Assembly: GCA_044222475.1 (NCBI GenBank)
Contig: JBGANF010000002.1
Coordinates: 32,001 to 96,000 of the forward strand
Source of the DNA: Polyangiaceae bacterium
GTDB taxonomy: Bacteria > Myxococcota_A > Polyangia > Polyangiales > Polyangiaceae
Reading direction: 5' to 3'
Length of the DNA: 64,000 nt
Numbering within the stretch: position 1 is the stretch's first letter; the number at the start of each line of letters is the position of its first letter. Of this stretch, positions 56,801 to 64,000 are shown piece by piece. The position numbers and the translations under genes are program-made. A model generated the notes under the pieces. The model was not told the DNA's origin. It ran no database searches and worked only from the letters and a program-made list of their open reading frames with translations.

Positions 56801-59145
56801 AGGGCCTCGCGACGCTCCGGAGCGCGCTCGAGCGCGTCCCCGATCACGGACCGAGTCGCGAAGCCGTCGAGTCGCTGCTCGAGGACGAGGCGCTCTTCCA
56901 AGAGGCGTTCGAGACCCTCGAGTCGGTGTACCGCACGCTGGGCAAGAGCACCGAGCTCGGCAACCTCTACGAGAAGCGCGTCGGTCGCGCGCGCGACGCG
57001 CACGAGCGCACGCGGGCTCGGCTCGAGCTCGCGCGCGTCCTCGACGAGCAGGTGCACGACCCCGCTCGCGCTCAACGCGCGATCGAGGCCGCGCTCGAAG
57101 ACGACGTCGCCGACGCGGACGTCCTCGCCGAGCTCGAGCGCTTGGCTCCGGTGACGAACGGGTTCGCCGAAGCGGCGAACGCTCTCGCGCGCGCTCTCGG
57201 AGCAGCGCGCGACGTTCCCTCGGCGACGCGATCCGAGCTCTGGACTCGCCTCGCCGGCTGGCGGCGAGACAAGCTGAGCGACGCGAAGGGGGCCGAGGAG
57301 GCTTTCGTCGAGGCGCAGAAGCTCGAACCCGAGAGCATCGATATCATCAAACATATCGAAGACTTGCAGCGGGCTCCTGGTCGCGAGCGCGACCTCGTCG
57401 GGACGCTCCGCGCGCGCGCCAAGATCGAGGGCGAGCCGGACACGAAGCGCCAGCTCCTCCGCGAGGCGAAGTCGCTCGCCGAAGGCGTCCTCGCCGATGG
57501 CGCGCTCGTCGAGCAGGTCCTCCGCGATCTCCTCGCCGAGGACGACGGCGACCTCTGGGCGATCGAAGAGCTCACCAAGGTCCGTGAGGCCGCCTCGGCC
57601 TGGGACGAGGTAGCGACCCTGCTGCTCCGCCGAGCCGAGCTCGAGGCGGACGGCGCGCTCATCACCCAGCTTCGTCACCGCGCTGCGACGGTGATCCGCG
57701 AGAAGCTGAACGATGCCAACCGCGCGACGAAGCTCTACGAAGAGATCTTCGACGCCGACGCAGGCGACGCTGCCGCGTCGCAGGCGCTCCGCGAGCTCTA
57801 CGGAGCAGCGAAGAAGACCAAGGACCTCGTGCGTCTGCTCGAGCGCCTGATCGACGTCGCCGAGAGCGAAGAGCAGCGCTCGACGCTCCGCGTGGAGCTC
57901 GCTCGCGTCAAAGACGCGTCGGGCGACACGCGCGACGCCATCGAGACGCTGCGCGCGATCCTCGAAGAGAACCGAGGGCACAAAGAGGCGATCCTCGCGC
58001 TGTCCGAGCTGCTCGAGAAGAGCGGCATGGATGAGGAGCTCGCCGAGCTGCTCAACGGACAGATCGAGGGGGCGAAGGAGCGCGGCGACGTCGAGAGCGA
58101 GCTCGCGCTGCAGGTCCGCCTCGGCGAGGTCTTCGAGACGCGCCTGAAGGACGTGGGTCGCGCCCTCGAGACGTACGAGGCCGTGCTCGCGCGCGACGGC
58201 GCGCATCGTCAGGCGCTCGACGCGATCGCGCGCTTGTCCGAGGGCCGCGCCCAGTGGGAGCGCGCCGCCCAAGCGCTCTCCAAGTTGCTCGAGCTCACGA
58301 CCGAGCCCGCCGAAGGCATCGCGCTCGCCCTGCGTCTCGCGCAAGCGCGCGAGGCCCTCAAGGACGAGGCTGGCGTCGAGGCCGCGCTCCGCGGCGCTCT
58401 CCGCTTCGATCCGTGGAAGGAGGAGGTGCGATCGCGCCTCCGTTCACTCCTGGAGAAGTCGGCGAAGTGGACCGAGCTGGCGGAGCTCCTCGCCGAGGAC
58501 GCGATCCGCCTCGAGGACGCCCTCCCGGCCGACAAGCCGGCGCCTGCCGTCGCAGCCGTCATCAAGGCGCTGCGCGCTGCGGCGGACATCCACCTCGTCC
58601 AGCGCAAGGCGCCGGGGGAGGCCGTGCCGCTGCTCGAGCGAGCGTCCGCGCTCGCACCTCAAGATCGCGACCTCCTGCTCGTCCTGTGCGACGCGTACAC
58701 CACCTCCGGGCGCGAGCGCGCCGCGGCCGACGTCCTCGAGAAGGTCATCGCGTCGTACGGCGGCAAGCGCTCCAAGGAGCTCGCCGGCGTTCACTATCGC
58801 CTCGGTCGCGCTCTGGCCGGTCTCGGCGAGAAGGACCAGGCGTTCGCGCAGTACGACCAGGCATTCAAGATCGATCCCGGCAACGTCCAGGTTCTGAAGG
58901 ACCTAGGCCTCGCCGCGATGGAGAACGGCGACCTCGATCGCGCGCAGAAGACCTTTCGCGCGCTCCTCCTCCAGAAGCTCGACGGCGCGTCGGGGATCAC
59001 CAAGGGCGGCGTCTTCTTCTACCTCGGCGAGATCACCATGAAGCAGGGCGACAAGCCCAAGGCGATCCAGATGTACGAGCGCGCGATCGAGAACGAAGCC
59101 GGACACGCCGAGGCGAAGCAGCGGCTCGCCGAGCTGAAAGGCTGA
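47854..59145 (+). CDS. Giant tetratricopeptide-repeat protein (AgmK/GltI-like scaffold)
   Basis: 3763 aa of continuous helical repeats (A...YERVL..DP....A...LE.LY....W..L); no signal peptide. Confidence 0.85.
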   Translation: MSAQDLRSSLGLLQDDPENESAYAQLSQAIGKGDVEGMTREEVGRLLASARHAHEGRREHDAAASLLELELVVAQGGPMEHELLMMLARTCEQELFDDARAAAAFERIVALVPGDAAAAEALERISAKRSKWNDLVLRYVEEANAAGEPGFKSSLLVSAAEVAYRYGRHAIQSSGEKGIKKKLAALNAEIMQRLEEAFRLDPRSRRCAALLERVYREHKKWEELAQVLEKAGAESTVKEEKTAAFVRLARVLTKKLESPERAVAAYERVLDLSPGHNEATTALVDFFTSREMWDHLVSLYDEQLAASQRAGHPDPGIAFQIAMVHWRMRGRADAAEPYFEKLRKVEPAHPGMLNFFREYLGQKGDNAKLSQVLTDAQRAMPEGPARAQIAVELARLAEEGANATKAIEQWRALLRQDPTNHDARDALKRLYRQSAAWPALGDLLRGELEKIPADDKAARLPILKEIAVLYRDHLKNDAGLVSVLTQISALDPDDTETVRELVRVYEALGRVRDLLVSQARLADLETDPGTKAELHRLVARRYLEQFSNVQNATEAYEKLIQILPQDPEATEKLKELYVKRRSYKPLYDLMEAEASRLGEGPERRAAWIEMAKLAGERLDRAEDAVALYRKVLEEEPGALAALDALEKLAEREKDYPTVADALERRLLVTEGEQAKLSVLQKLGVLYAERLQDPKGTVRTFRRVLEVSPGNAKALRVLRDAYLGSGDYDGLEALFAESQDWEGLADVLSSAADRATDSAAKVELSFRSADVYVNKIQSPERAFRAYERVLSVRPDDARAAAALIPLYEKEERWPRLPPLYEVLLAHAGSTAEKLELLGKLVSITSEKLQDGGAAFGYARKAYELAPDAPGALDALEAVARRSREWSAFVDTIEAREKSASDAEEKRALAAKKAEISATELGKVDEAIATYRALVEQNPDDEVAVGALDRILRSADRRDDLRWLYDLRVERANTAQKLELLNEWATLEEEALAAPDQAVKLYRRILEMVPKHGRALRSLARLLQTSGDAAEAAAMLERERDQREGPERAAREIELAKLYAGPLKRPNDALEAIKRALELSPNDTGAIAQLEELLNVPQTRGRVASVLEGIYADRGDGARQAQILEVLLATTAAKADRLPLYDRLLGVHENLGNLEMAFDVGVRATTDFPMELALWDRLSVLANRTQKTPQFVEALAAALPEGAPSGLSPAVEADLAERAATMYDESLGDVERARPYLERVLRIDPTNDRAFARLKQILTSLERWDDLEALYERTVLAAEEHRRPDLLAEVALLAEEIIGDRVKAIRYYERILEIDRGHEQATRSLDALYASEGAWDRLAALLERRLEGASGEEAQALRLRLGALHATRLDNGSRALDYLEAALTSDPSNHEARDHVEKLLEDRTLRARAAVILEAVYVAQDQPRDLVRILEVRLESASDAERVELLRRAAELRDERLNEDVAALDTYARLVPLAPEDTHSRERLLDLARRVGAHEQAAEVLSAAAKNAATPQPRGEILSQVAHIYEDLLSDSAKAEAAYREVLTLDESDAALTLPAARALEKIYAASNRHEDLARMLAIQVKLEDDGAVKRELRGRLGDLYETAQNDRAAAIAVWRACVDDDSSDERALAALDRLYAAGGEHRALVDVLRQRERLVTDGGERKALMLRLAETLAGKLSDVPEAIAAYRAVLDDFGAERPVLAALATLYDVADRHPELAETLESELGMVDAPGDRLALLARLGEVRRRKLGDVPGAMDAYRQALTIDPSHAPSRAALEELLDDANARRDAAETLRPLYEADGEHKKLLRVLDIEAEYADSPSDKLALFAQAAMVAEQSLGDMNRAFDDTARGVRQAVGEPELPNWLERAERLAAATDRHRDLMELLKAIAPEVLDENLQLDVTLKVAELAEARLADVPLARTYYEKALAIRDTDVRTLSSLERLYDALSDHSALRGILEKRAEGAESESEQKEYLFKLARLCHEKLGDSPAAIQTYERILDLGLDPAAVAELERLYGEASRWDDLVALYERQIGADPESEKKASLHQKIGDVFEKRISDLDRAFGEYEAALRLSAQHGATVASLEGLMKNPEHAARAAEMLEAVYLARLDWRRVMGTVEARLAVSQDPDERRELLRRLAKLHEEQEENYPAALETTAKLLAEDVSDESTWGELERLARVANSERRLADIFAAELDKVTAEEGATAKLAKRTGELFERQKDAEQALKYYRRAYAFAPEESEGVFEAIDRLLRELSRPKDRVTLYRDALQHRDDPAARLTTLHTIALLEEAEIGDDDAAIETYRAALDVDETDAHSLESLARLYARRERFRDLADLTRRRAEQAALPEEEAKFRFDLGQLLEHKLGEKGTAIDEYQAVVDVLPPGAGSPASQGAVEALERLLKDEEHKARIIDILRPIYERADDWRHLVTVNEERLRLAGDPQERVSVLRETAKLLEDRGGDRAGAFEAVREAFVLDPEDGESRAELDRLGEATERWDELADTYEKAIEKTEDFAKRELLGALAKLHDAKRDDPRRALDAYERLFALDETDIAPLEQMDSLATLLSDWERLVRILAKKAELLPNDEDRASTWRRIAESKRDMLEDAPGAIQAYERALELEPDSAWTIDNLIPLYEAKNDAARLVDLYRRRIDLCGEDDGELRHQLLLDAATRYETGLSDRREAINLLSEALGHRPGDAGVTERLSKLYEQEKMWPELLENLKLQAASSSGDERRALKKRIGGLLASELDDARAALDAYREVLDEGFDEPSAKAVRELGEQREELRGEAADVLEPVLRAAGKDAEVAAVLEMRLRSQTDPVDRARTLRAIAQVAEGKLGDAGRAFDALLRALADEPHEQELHAELVRLAGTLGKGAWERYADALSERAGALFDASLASELFVRLGKVAEEQLGDDARAAKAYGAATEQTGDSVETLSALDRLYGRLGETKSLAGVLERRASMEADPQVQSELEFRLASLQIKEFGERPKGLATLRSALERVPDHGPSREAVESLLEDEALFQEAFETLESVYRTLGKSTELGNLYEKRVGRARDAHERTRARLELARVLDEQVHDPARAQRAIEAALEDDVADADVLAELERLAPVTNGFAEAANALARALGAARDVPSATRSELWTRLAGWRRDKLSDAKGAEEAFVEAQKLEPESIDIIKHIEDLQRAPGRERDLVGTLRARAKIEGEPDTKRQLLREAKSLAEGVLADGALVEQVLRDLLAEDDGDLWAIEELTKVREAASAWDEVATLLLRRAELEADGALITQLRHRAATVIREKLNDANRATKLYEEIFDADAGDAAASQALRELYGAAKKTKDLVRLLERLIDVAESEEQRSTLRVELARVKDASGDTRDAIETLRAILEENRGHKEAILALSELLEKSGMDEELAELLNGQIEGAKERGDVESELALQVRLGEVFETRLKDVGRALETYEAVLARDGAHRQALDAIARLSEGRAQWERAAQALSKLLELTTEPAEGIALALRLAQAREALKDEAGVEAALRGALRFDPWKEEVRSRLRSLLEKSAKWTELAELLAEDAIRLEDALPADKPAPAVAAVIKALRAAADIHLVQRKAPGEAVPLLERASALAPQDRDLLLVLCDAYTTSGRERAAADVLEKVIASYGGKRSKELAGVHYRLGRALAGLGEKDQAFAQYDQAFKIDPGNVQVLKDLGLAAMENGDLDRAQKTFRALLLQKLDGASGITKGGVFFYLGEITMKQGDKPKAIQMYERAIENEAGHAEAKQRLAELKG

Positions 59146-59154
59146 GTCGTCGCC

Positions 59155-59748
59155 GTGCGCCGGCTTCTCGGGTGGATGCTCGGGGTCGTCGCGTGGCTTT
59201 GGGTCGCGACGCTGCGGGTGCGCATCGTCGAGAATCCGGCGCTCGCCGCGGTGCGGGGCGAGCGCTGGGTGCTCGGGTTCTTCCACGGCACCCAGTTCGC
59301 CCTGCACGCGCTCGCGCGACGCCGGCCGACGGCGGTCATGGTGAGCCGATCGAAGGACGGCGCGATCCAAGCAGCGGCGCTCGGGCTCCTCGGCTTCGAG
59401 GTCGTCCGGGGGTCGAGCTCGCGCGGAGCCGCGGGGGCGCTCGCTGCGATGGTGCGTCACGTCTCGGCCGGAGGCGACGCCGCGTTCGCCGTCGACGGCC
59501 CGCGCGGCCCGTACGGGGTCGCGAAGCCCGGTGCAGCGGCGGTCGCGCGGCGCGGGGCAGCCGTGCTCGTCCCCGCGGGGTGCGCCGCATCGCGGGCGTG
59601 GGTCCTCCGGAAGGCGTGGGATCGCTTCGTCCTCCCGGTCCCGTTCTCCCGCGTCGTCATCGATCTCGGGCCGCCGGTCGAGGCGCCGTCGGCGCTCTCT
59701 CAGATGATTGCAGAATGCAATGAACGCGCCGAGGCACTGGCGGCATGA
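59155..59748 (+). CDS. DUF374 / lysophospholipid acyltransferase-like protein
   Basis: FFHG, VSRSKDG, VRGSSSRG, AVDGPRGP, WDRFVLPVPFSR. Confidence 0.88.
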   Translation: MRRLLGWMLGVVAWLWVATLRVRIVENPALAAVRGERWVLGFFHGTQFALHALARRRPTAVMVSRSKDGAIQAAALGLLGFEVVRGSSSRGAAGALAAMVRHVSAGGDAAFAVDGPRGPYGVAKPGAAAVARRGAAVLVPAGCAASRAWVLRKAWDRFVLPVPFSRVVIDLGPPVEAPSALSQMIAECNERAEALAA

Positions 59749-60545
59749 TCGCGCGCGTCGATGGCGTGCCGCAGGCCGTCGTGCCCGTCCAAGACCGCGG
59801 CTTCCTCCACGGCGACTCCGTGTTCGAGGTCCTGCGCGTGCACCGCGGGCGGCCCTTCCTCCTGCCGTGGCACCGTGAGCGACTCGAAGCAGGGCTCGCG
59901 GCGTTTCGCTTCGGCGACGCGACCCGCGTTTGGGACGACGTCACCGCGGTCCTCGCCGACGCCGGCGACCGTGACGGCGTGCTGCGCATCGTGGTGACCC
60001 GCGGGGAAGGAAACGTCCGCGCGCCGCTCGCCTCGCTCACGCCTCGCACGGTGGTCACGTTCCGCGATCTTCCGCCGGAGGGGCCGACGTTGCGGGTCAC
60101 GATCGTCGACGCGCCCCGCGTCACGCGGAGCATGCCGTCGGCGCAGGCGAAGTACGCGCGCTACCTTCCGTACCTGCTCGCGAACGACGACGCCCATCGC
60201 CTCGGGTTCGACGAAGCGCTCCTCCTCGACGAAGCCGGCGACGTCGCCGAAGCGGCGACCGCCAACCTCTTCGCGGTGATCGACGGCTTGCTCGTGACGC
60301 CCTCGCTGGCGAGCGGCATCCTCGCCGGCATCACGCGCCGGTGGATCGTCGAGAACGCGAGCGGGCTCGGGCTCACCCTCGCCGAGCGTGCGCTCGCGCG
60401 GGCCGAGCTCGCGCGAGCGACCGAGGTGTTCCTGTCGTCGAGCGTGCGCCTCGTCGCGCCCGTCGTGGCGTGCGATGGGACCTCGTACTCGGCACCGGGG
60501 CCAACCACGAGCGTCCTGGCCACGGCCCTCGCCGCAGCGATGTGA
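59745..60545 (+). CDS. Class IV aminotransferase (PabC/IlvE-like)
   Basis: DRGFLHGDSVFEVLR, H.ERL, LRIVVTRG, EAATANLF, ILAGITR. Confidence 0.9.
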   Translation: MIARVDGVPQAVVPVQDRGFLHGDSVFEVLRVHRGRPFLLPWHRERLEAGLAAFRFGDATRVWDDVTAVLADAGDRDGVLRIVVTRGEGNVRAPLASLTPRTVVTFRDLPPEGPTLRVTIVDAPRVTRSMPSAQAKYARYLPYLLANDDAHRLGFDEALLLDEAGDVAEAATANLFAVIDGLLVTPSLASGILAGITRRWIVENASGLGLTLAERALARAELARATEVFLSSSVRLVAPVVACDGTSYSAPGPTTSVLATALAAAM

Positions 60546-60549
60546 GCGG

Positions 60550-60948
60550 TCAGCGCGTGCTCGGCGGCCCGCTGTCCAGGACCGCGATCGCGTCGATCTC
60601 GACGCGCGCGCCCTTCGGGAGCGCCGCGACCTGCACCGTCGCTCGCGCGGGGAACACGCCGGAGAACCGCTTGCCGTAGATCTCGTTGACCTTCTGGAAG
60701 TCGCCGAGGTCGGTGAGGTAGATCGTGGTGCGCACCACGTGCGCGAACGACGCGCCGGCCGCTTCGAGGACGGCGGCGAGGTTGTGCAGTACGCGGTTCG
60801 TCTCGTCCTCGATGGATCCGTTGACGAGGACCCCGCTCGCAGGATCCAGCGCGATCTGCCCGCTGAGGAACAGGAACCGGTCGGCGCGGACCGCCTGCGA
60901 GTAGGGGCCGATGGCGACGGGGGCGTTGGGCGACGTGACTGCCTTCAT
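60550..60948 (-). CDS. ridA: RidA/YjgF reactive-intermediate deaminase
   Basis: APVAIGPYSQAV, SGQI, PARATVQVAALPKG..VEID. Confidence 0.93.
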   Translation of the reverse strand: MKAVTSPNAPVAIGPYSQAVRADRFLFLSGQIALDPASGVLVNGSIEDETNRVLHNLAAVLEAAGASFAHVVRTTIYLTDLGDFQKVNEIYGKRFSGVFPARATVQVAALPKGARVEIDAIAVLDSGPPSTR

Positions 60949-60966
60949 GATCTCGAATCTCCTGGT

Positions 60967-61599
60967 TCAGAGCCTCTGTCGACCGGCGAGCGCGCGGCCC
61001 ATCGTGATCGGGTCGGCAAACTCGAGGTCGCCGCCGTGCGGTACTCCGCTCGCGATTCGCGAGAGCGTGACGCCGAGCGGGGTCAGCTCACGCTTGAGAA
61101 ACAGCGCCGTCGCTTCGCCGTCGACGCTCGGGGGCGTGGCGACGATGATCTCGCGCACGCCGTCCTCTTCGATCCGCCGGCGGAGCAACCCGAGGGGGAG
61201 GTCGTCCGGGCCCACGCCCTCGAGCGGAGACAGGAGCTTTCCCAGGACGAAGTACCGCCCGCGCATCGAGCCCGCGCGTTCGATCGCGAGCAGATCGTGC
61301 ACTCGAGCGACGATGCAGAGGACCTGCGAGTCGCGCTTGGCGTCGCCGCAGATGGTGCACAATACACGTTCTTGGCCTGCCTCCACCCCTTCGGGTGTCG
61401 CGCAGCGCGCGACCTCGGCCAGGTTCCCGCAGCGAACGCACGGCTTCACGTGCTCGCGGAGGGCCGAGAGCTCGGCGCCGAGCTCTTCAGCGAGGCCGCC
61501 TTCGGCGGTGAGGAGGTGCAAGAGGTAACGCTGCGCGGTCTTCTCACCGACCCCGGGGAGGCGCGCGAGGAGCGCGGTGATGCGCCGCGTCCGCTCCAA
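60967..61599 (-). CDS. recR: Recombination mediator RecR
   Basis: LPGVGEKTAQR, CxxC...CxxC zinc finger, LSPLEGVGP, DGEATA, RIASGVP.GG.LEFAD. TTG start. Confidence 0.95.
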   Translation of the reverse strand: MERTRRITALLARLPGVGEKTAQRYLLHLLTAEGGLAEELGAELSALREHVKPCVRCGNLAEVARCATPEGVEAGQERVLCTICGDAKRDSQVLCIVARVHDLLAIERAGSMRGRYFVLGKLLSPLEGVGPDDLPLGLLRRRIEEDGVREIIVATPPSVDGEATALFLKRELTPLGVTLSRIASGVPHGGDLEFADPITMGRALAGRQRL

Positions 61600-61601
61600 G
61601 C

Positions 61602-61922
61602 TCAGACGACTCCCGGCAGCTTCACGCCGCCGGTCACCTTCTCGACCTCGGCCTCCATCGCCTTGTCGGCCTGCTCGAGCGCGGTGTTGAGCGCAGCGCA
61701 CACGCCGTCGAGCGCGAGGTCGATGCCTTCGCTCTTCAGGAACTCCGGGTCGATCTCGATCCGGTTCACCTTGCGGCCGTAGGTCACGGTGACCTTCACC
61801 TTGTCGCCGACGGCGGTCGCGGTGACCTCCTTGTCCTTCGACTCGGTCTTGGCCTGCTCGATCTTGCGTTGCATCCGCGCCGCTTGGCGCATGAGCTCGT
61901 TCATTCCACCGCGGAAATTCAC
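61602..61922 (-). CDS. ybaB: YbaB/EbfC nucleoid-associated protein
   Basis: MNELMRQAARMQRKIEQA...VKVTV...IEIDP; RBS GGAGG; lies between dnaX and recR. Confidence 0.93.
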   Translation of the reverse strand: MNFRGGMNELMRQAARMQRKIEQAKTESKDKEVTATAVGDKVKVTVTYGRKVNRIEIDPEFLKSEGIDLALDGVCAALNTALEQADKAMEAEVEKVTGGVKLPGVV

Positions 61923-62124
61923 GTCGGACCTCCGTTCGAACTCTCTACCACCAAACGTACCCAGTTGGATTGACCTCGCAAGTTCCAGTCGGAGCGTTGC
62001 TCGAGTCCGGCAGGGAGACCGACCGGCGAGCCCGCGCCTGCAGCGGCCCCGCCGCATTCGTCACGCTGCCGCTGCTCGAAGGCACGCTCATGCCAAGACG
62101 GGATCGTTTCATGGGACTTCAGCG

Positions 62125-63963
62125 TCAGTCTTCGCCCTTGGGGAGCTTCACGTCGCGAAGCTCGGCGCCGAGGACCTGCACGATCTCGCGCACGAGGGGG
62201 TGCGACTCGACGGCTGCGCGCGCCTGCGCTTGCTCGGCCTTGCGCTGCGCGCTCTCGATCGCGAAGACGGTGGCTTCCTTCGTCCCACGCAGCCCCTCTT
62301 TGACGTCGACCTCGACGTCGGCGCCGAAGTGGGCGCGCGCCGCCGATCGAAGGAGCGCCAGGGACTCGGGCGCGGTCGCCTGCGATCCGAGGAAGTCGTT
62401 CTCGGCGTAGCCGACGCGCACGCGGCGAGGGTTCACCTCGACGACGATCGCGTGCTCGAGGACGGACGCGAGCGCAGGCCGCTCTCCTCGGACGTGCGAG
62501 ACGATGGCGCGCCACGCGTCGAGATCGCTCGGTCCGCTCTCGCCCCGCGACGAGGCGGGAGGCGTGAAGGGTAGGACCTGCGCGCCGACCGTTCCGGACG
62601 GGGGCAGCGGCGTCGCCTCTTCCGGGGCCGGCGCGAGCGCGAGCGCGCCCTGCATCCGCTCCGACGTGGTCGCGCGGTCCGACGAAGGGGCGCGCTCGGT
62701 GACCTGCGGTGCGGCATGGCTGAACACGGGGCTCGCTTGGGTGACGGTCGCCGTTCGCCCGCCTCCGCCGCCGCGGGGCGGGGGAGGCGCGCCGGTCGCG
62801 AGGCGACGCTCCAGCTCGCCGAGGCGAGACAGCAGCTCGTCGAGCGGGAGGAGCGGTGGCCGGCGCGCGAGGCGCACGAGCGTCATCTCGAGCGCGGCGC
62901 GGACCTGGCCGCTCCGCGCGACGTCGTCGTACGACTTCGAGAAGCCGTGGAACAGGCGGAGGAGGTCGTCGAGATCGGTCTTCTGCGCGAGGCGGACGAC
63001 GTCGGCGATCTCTTCGTCGGCGAGATCGAGGAGATCGCGCCCGCCTTCGCCGGAGACTTTCGCGACGACGAGGTTGCGGAAGCTCGCGAGCAGGTCCTTC
63101 GCGACGTGGACGAGATCGAACCCTTGCTGGGCGAGTCGATCGACGATCTCGAGCGTGCCTTTCGCGTCGCCGCCGAGGATGCGCTCGGACAGCTCGTGGA
63201 GGACCTTGCGATCGGCGACGCCGAGCACGCGCGTGACGGCGGCTTCTTCGAGCGAGCTGCCGGAGAAGGCGATCACCTGATCGAGCAGGCTCATGGCGTC
63301 GCGCATGGATCCCGCCGCTTCGCGCGCGATGATCGCGACCGCGCTGGGCTCGGCCTTGATGTTCTCCTTCGCGAGCACCTCGCGCACGCGCTGGGCGATC
63401 GTCTGGGTCGAGATCAGCTTGAAGTCGTAGCGCTGGCAGCGGCTGAGGATGGTGACCGGTACCTTGTGCACCTCGGTGGTCGCGAAGATGAACTTCACGT
63501 GAGGCGGCGGCTCTTCGAGCGTCTTCAGGAACGCGTTCCACGCGGCCGACGAGAGCATGTGCACCTCGTCGACGATGAAGACCTTGAAGCGATCGCGTGC
63601 CGGGCGGAACGCGAGCCCCTCTTGGAGCCGTCGAACCTCGTCGACGCCGTTGTAGCTGGCGCCGTCGATCTCCTGGACGTCCATGTCGGAGCCGGCGGTG
63701 ATCTCGGTGCAGGCGGCGCACTCGTTGCAGGGCGTCGCGGTCGGGCCCTTCGCTTGGCCGTCCTTGCCGAGGCAGTTGAGGCATTTCGCGAGGAGGCGGG
63801 CGCTCGTCGTCTTGCCGACGCCGCGGACTCCGGTGAAGAGGAACGCATGAGCGACGCGTCCCTGCTCGATCGCGTTGGCGATCGTCTTGGCGACGTGCTC
63901 TTGCCCGACGAGGTCTTCGAAGGACTGGGGCCGGTATTTCCGTGCGAGGACGAGGTAGCTCAC
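62125..63963 (-). CDS. dnaX: DNA polymerase III subunit gamma/tau
   Basis: LARKYRPQSF, GVRGVGKTT, EIDGAS, IVDEVHML, LKTLEEPP, TILSRCQ, GSMRDA. Confidence 0.97.
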   Translation of the reverse strand: MSYLVLARKYRPQSFEDLVGQEHVAKTIANAIEQGRVAHAFLFTGVRGVGKTTSARLLAKCLNCLGKDGQAKGPTATPCNECAACTEITAGSDMDVQEIDGASYNGVDEVRRLQEGLAFRPARDRFKVFIVDEVHMLSSAAWNAFLKTLEEPPPHVKFIFATTEVHKVPVTILSRCQRYDFKLISTQTIAQRVREVLAKENIKAEPSAVAIIAREAAGSMRDAMSLLDQVIAFSGSSLEEAAVTRVLGVADRKVLHELSERILGGDAKGTLEIVDRLAQQGFDLVHVAKDLLASFRNLVVAKVSGEGGRDLLDLADEEIADVVRLAQKTDLDDLLRLFHGFSKSYDDVARSGQVRAALEMTLVRLARRPPLLPLDELLSRLGELERRLATGAPPPPRGGGGGRTATVTQASPVFSHAAPQVTERAPSSDRATTSERMQGALALAPAPEEATPLPPSGTVGAQVLPFTPPASSRGESGPSDLDAWRAIVSHVRGERPALASVLEHAIVVEVNPRRVRVGYAENDFLGSQATAPESLALLRSAARAHFGADVEVDVKEGLRGTKEATVFAIESAQRKAEQAQARAAVESHPLVREIVQVLGAELRDVKLPKGED

Positions 63964-64000
63964 GCGAAGAGGAGCATTACCCGAGCCCGCGCGCGGCGTC

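Noticed and set aside
61923..62124. ncRNA (e.g. SRP RNA) or sigma54 promoter between dnaX and ybaB
   Set aside because: No SRP conserved loop motif recognised, and TGGCATGAGCGTGC has GG-N9-GC spacing, one base short of sigma54.
62125..63963. Programmed frameshift producing the gamma subunit in dnaX
   Set aside because: No A-AAA-AAG slippery heptamer or long homopolymer run seen.

Overview
High-GC, gene-dense bacterial chromosome segment. Gene content points to Myxococcota, probably Polyangiales-like (inference): many Cys-rich lipoproteins, a 3763-aa TPR protein, an FHA-GAF cyclase and a split nuo cluster. Housekeeping genes recognised are accA, hisC, nuoE-F-J-K-L-M-N, ychF, coaBC, plsC, ridA, recR-ybaB-dnaX and ccmC. 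Accessory genes include two tandem FadL-like porins coupled to a propeller lipoprotein and a lipase, PrsW, a metzincin lipoprotein, a KirBac channel, a LonC-type protease and an IgGFc-binding-like lipoprotein. I found no transposase, integrase, tRNA, rRNA or true CRISPR array. The most interesting non-coding signals are: (1) a dispersed three-hairpin ~107-bp element at ~9.5 kb (plus a partial tandem copy) and ~34 kb, with compensatory base changes, GNA triloops and the same position just after a stop codon; (2) a cobalamin riboswitch with an atypical peripheral domain and a clear kissing-loop platform ahead of an orphan beta-propeller lipoprotein; (3) a ~225-nt nested structure upstream of a MarR gene; (4) a 77-bp spaced palindrome; (5) a 47-bp direct repeat next to a DUF255 gene with a broken 5' end. 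Protein-level oddities are a CcmD-like helix fused to a secreted Cys domain and extended NuoL/NuoM. All calls come from motif recognition by eye; no database searches were run.
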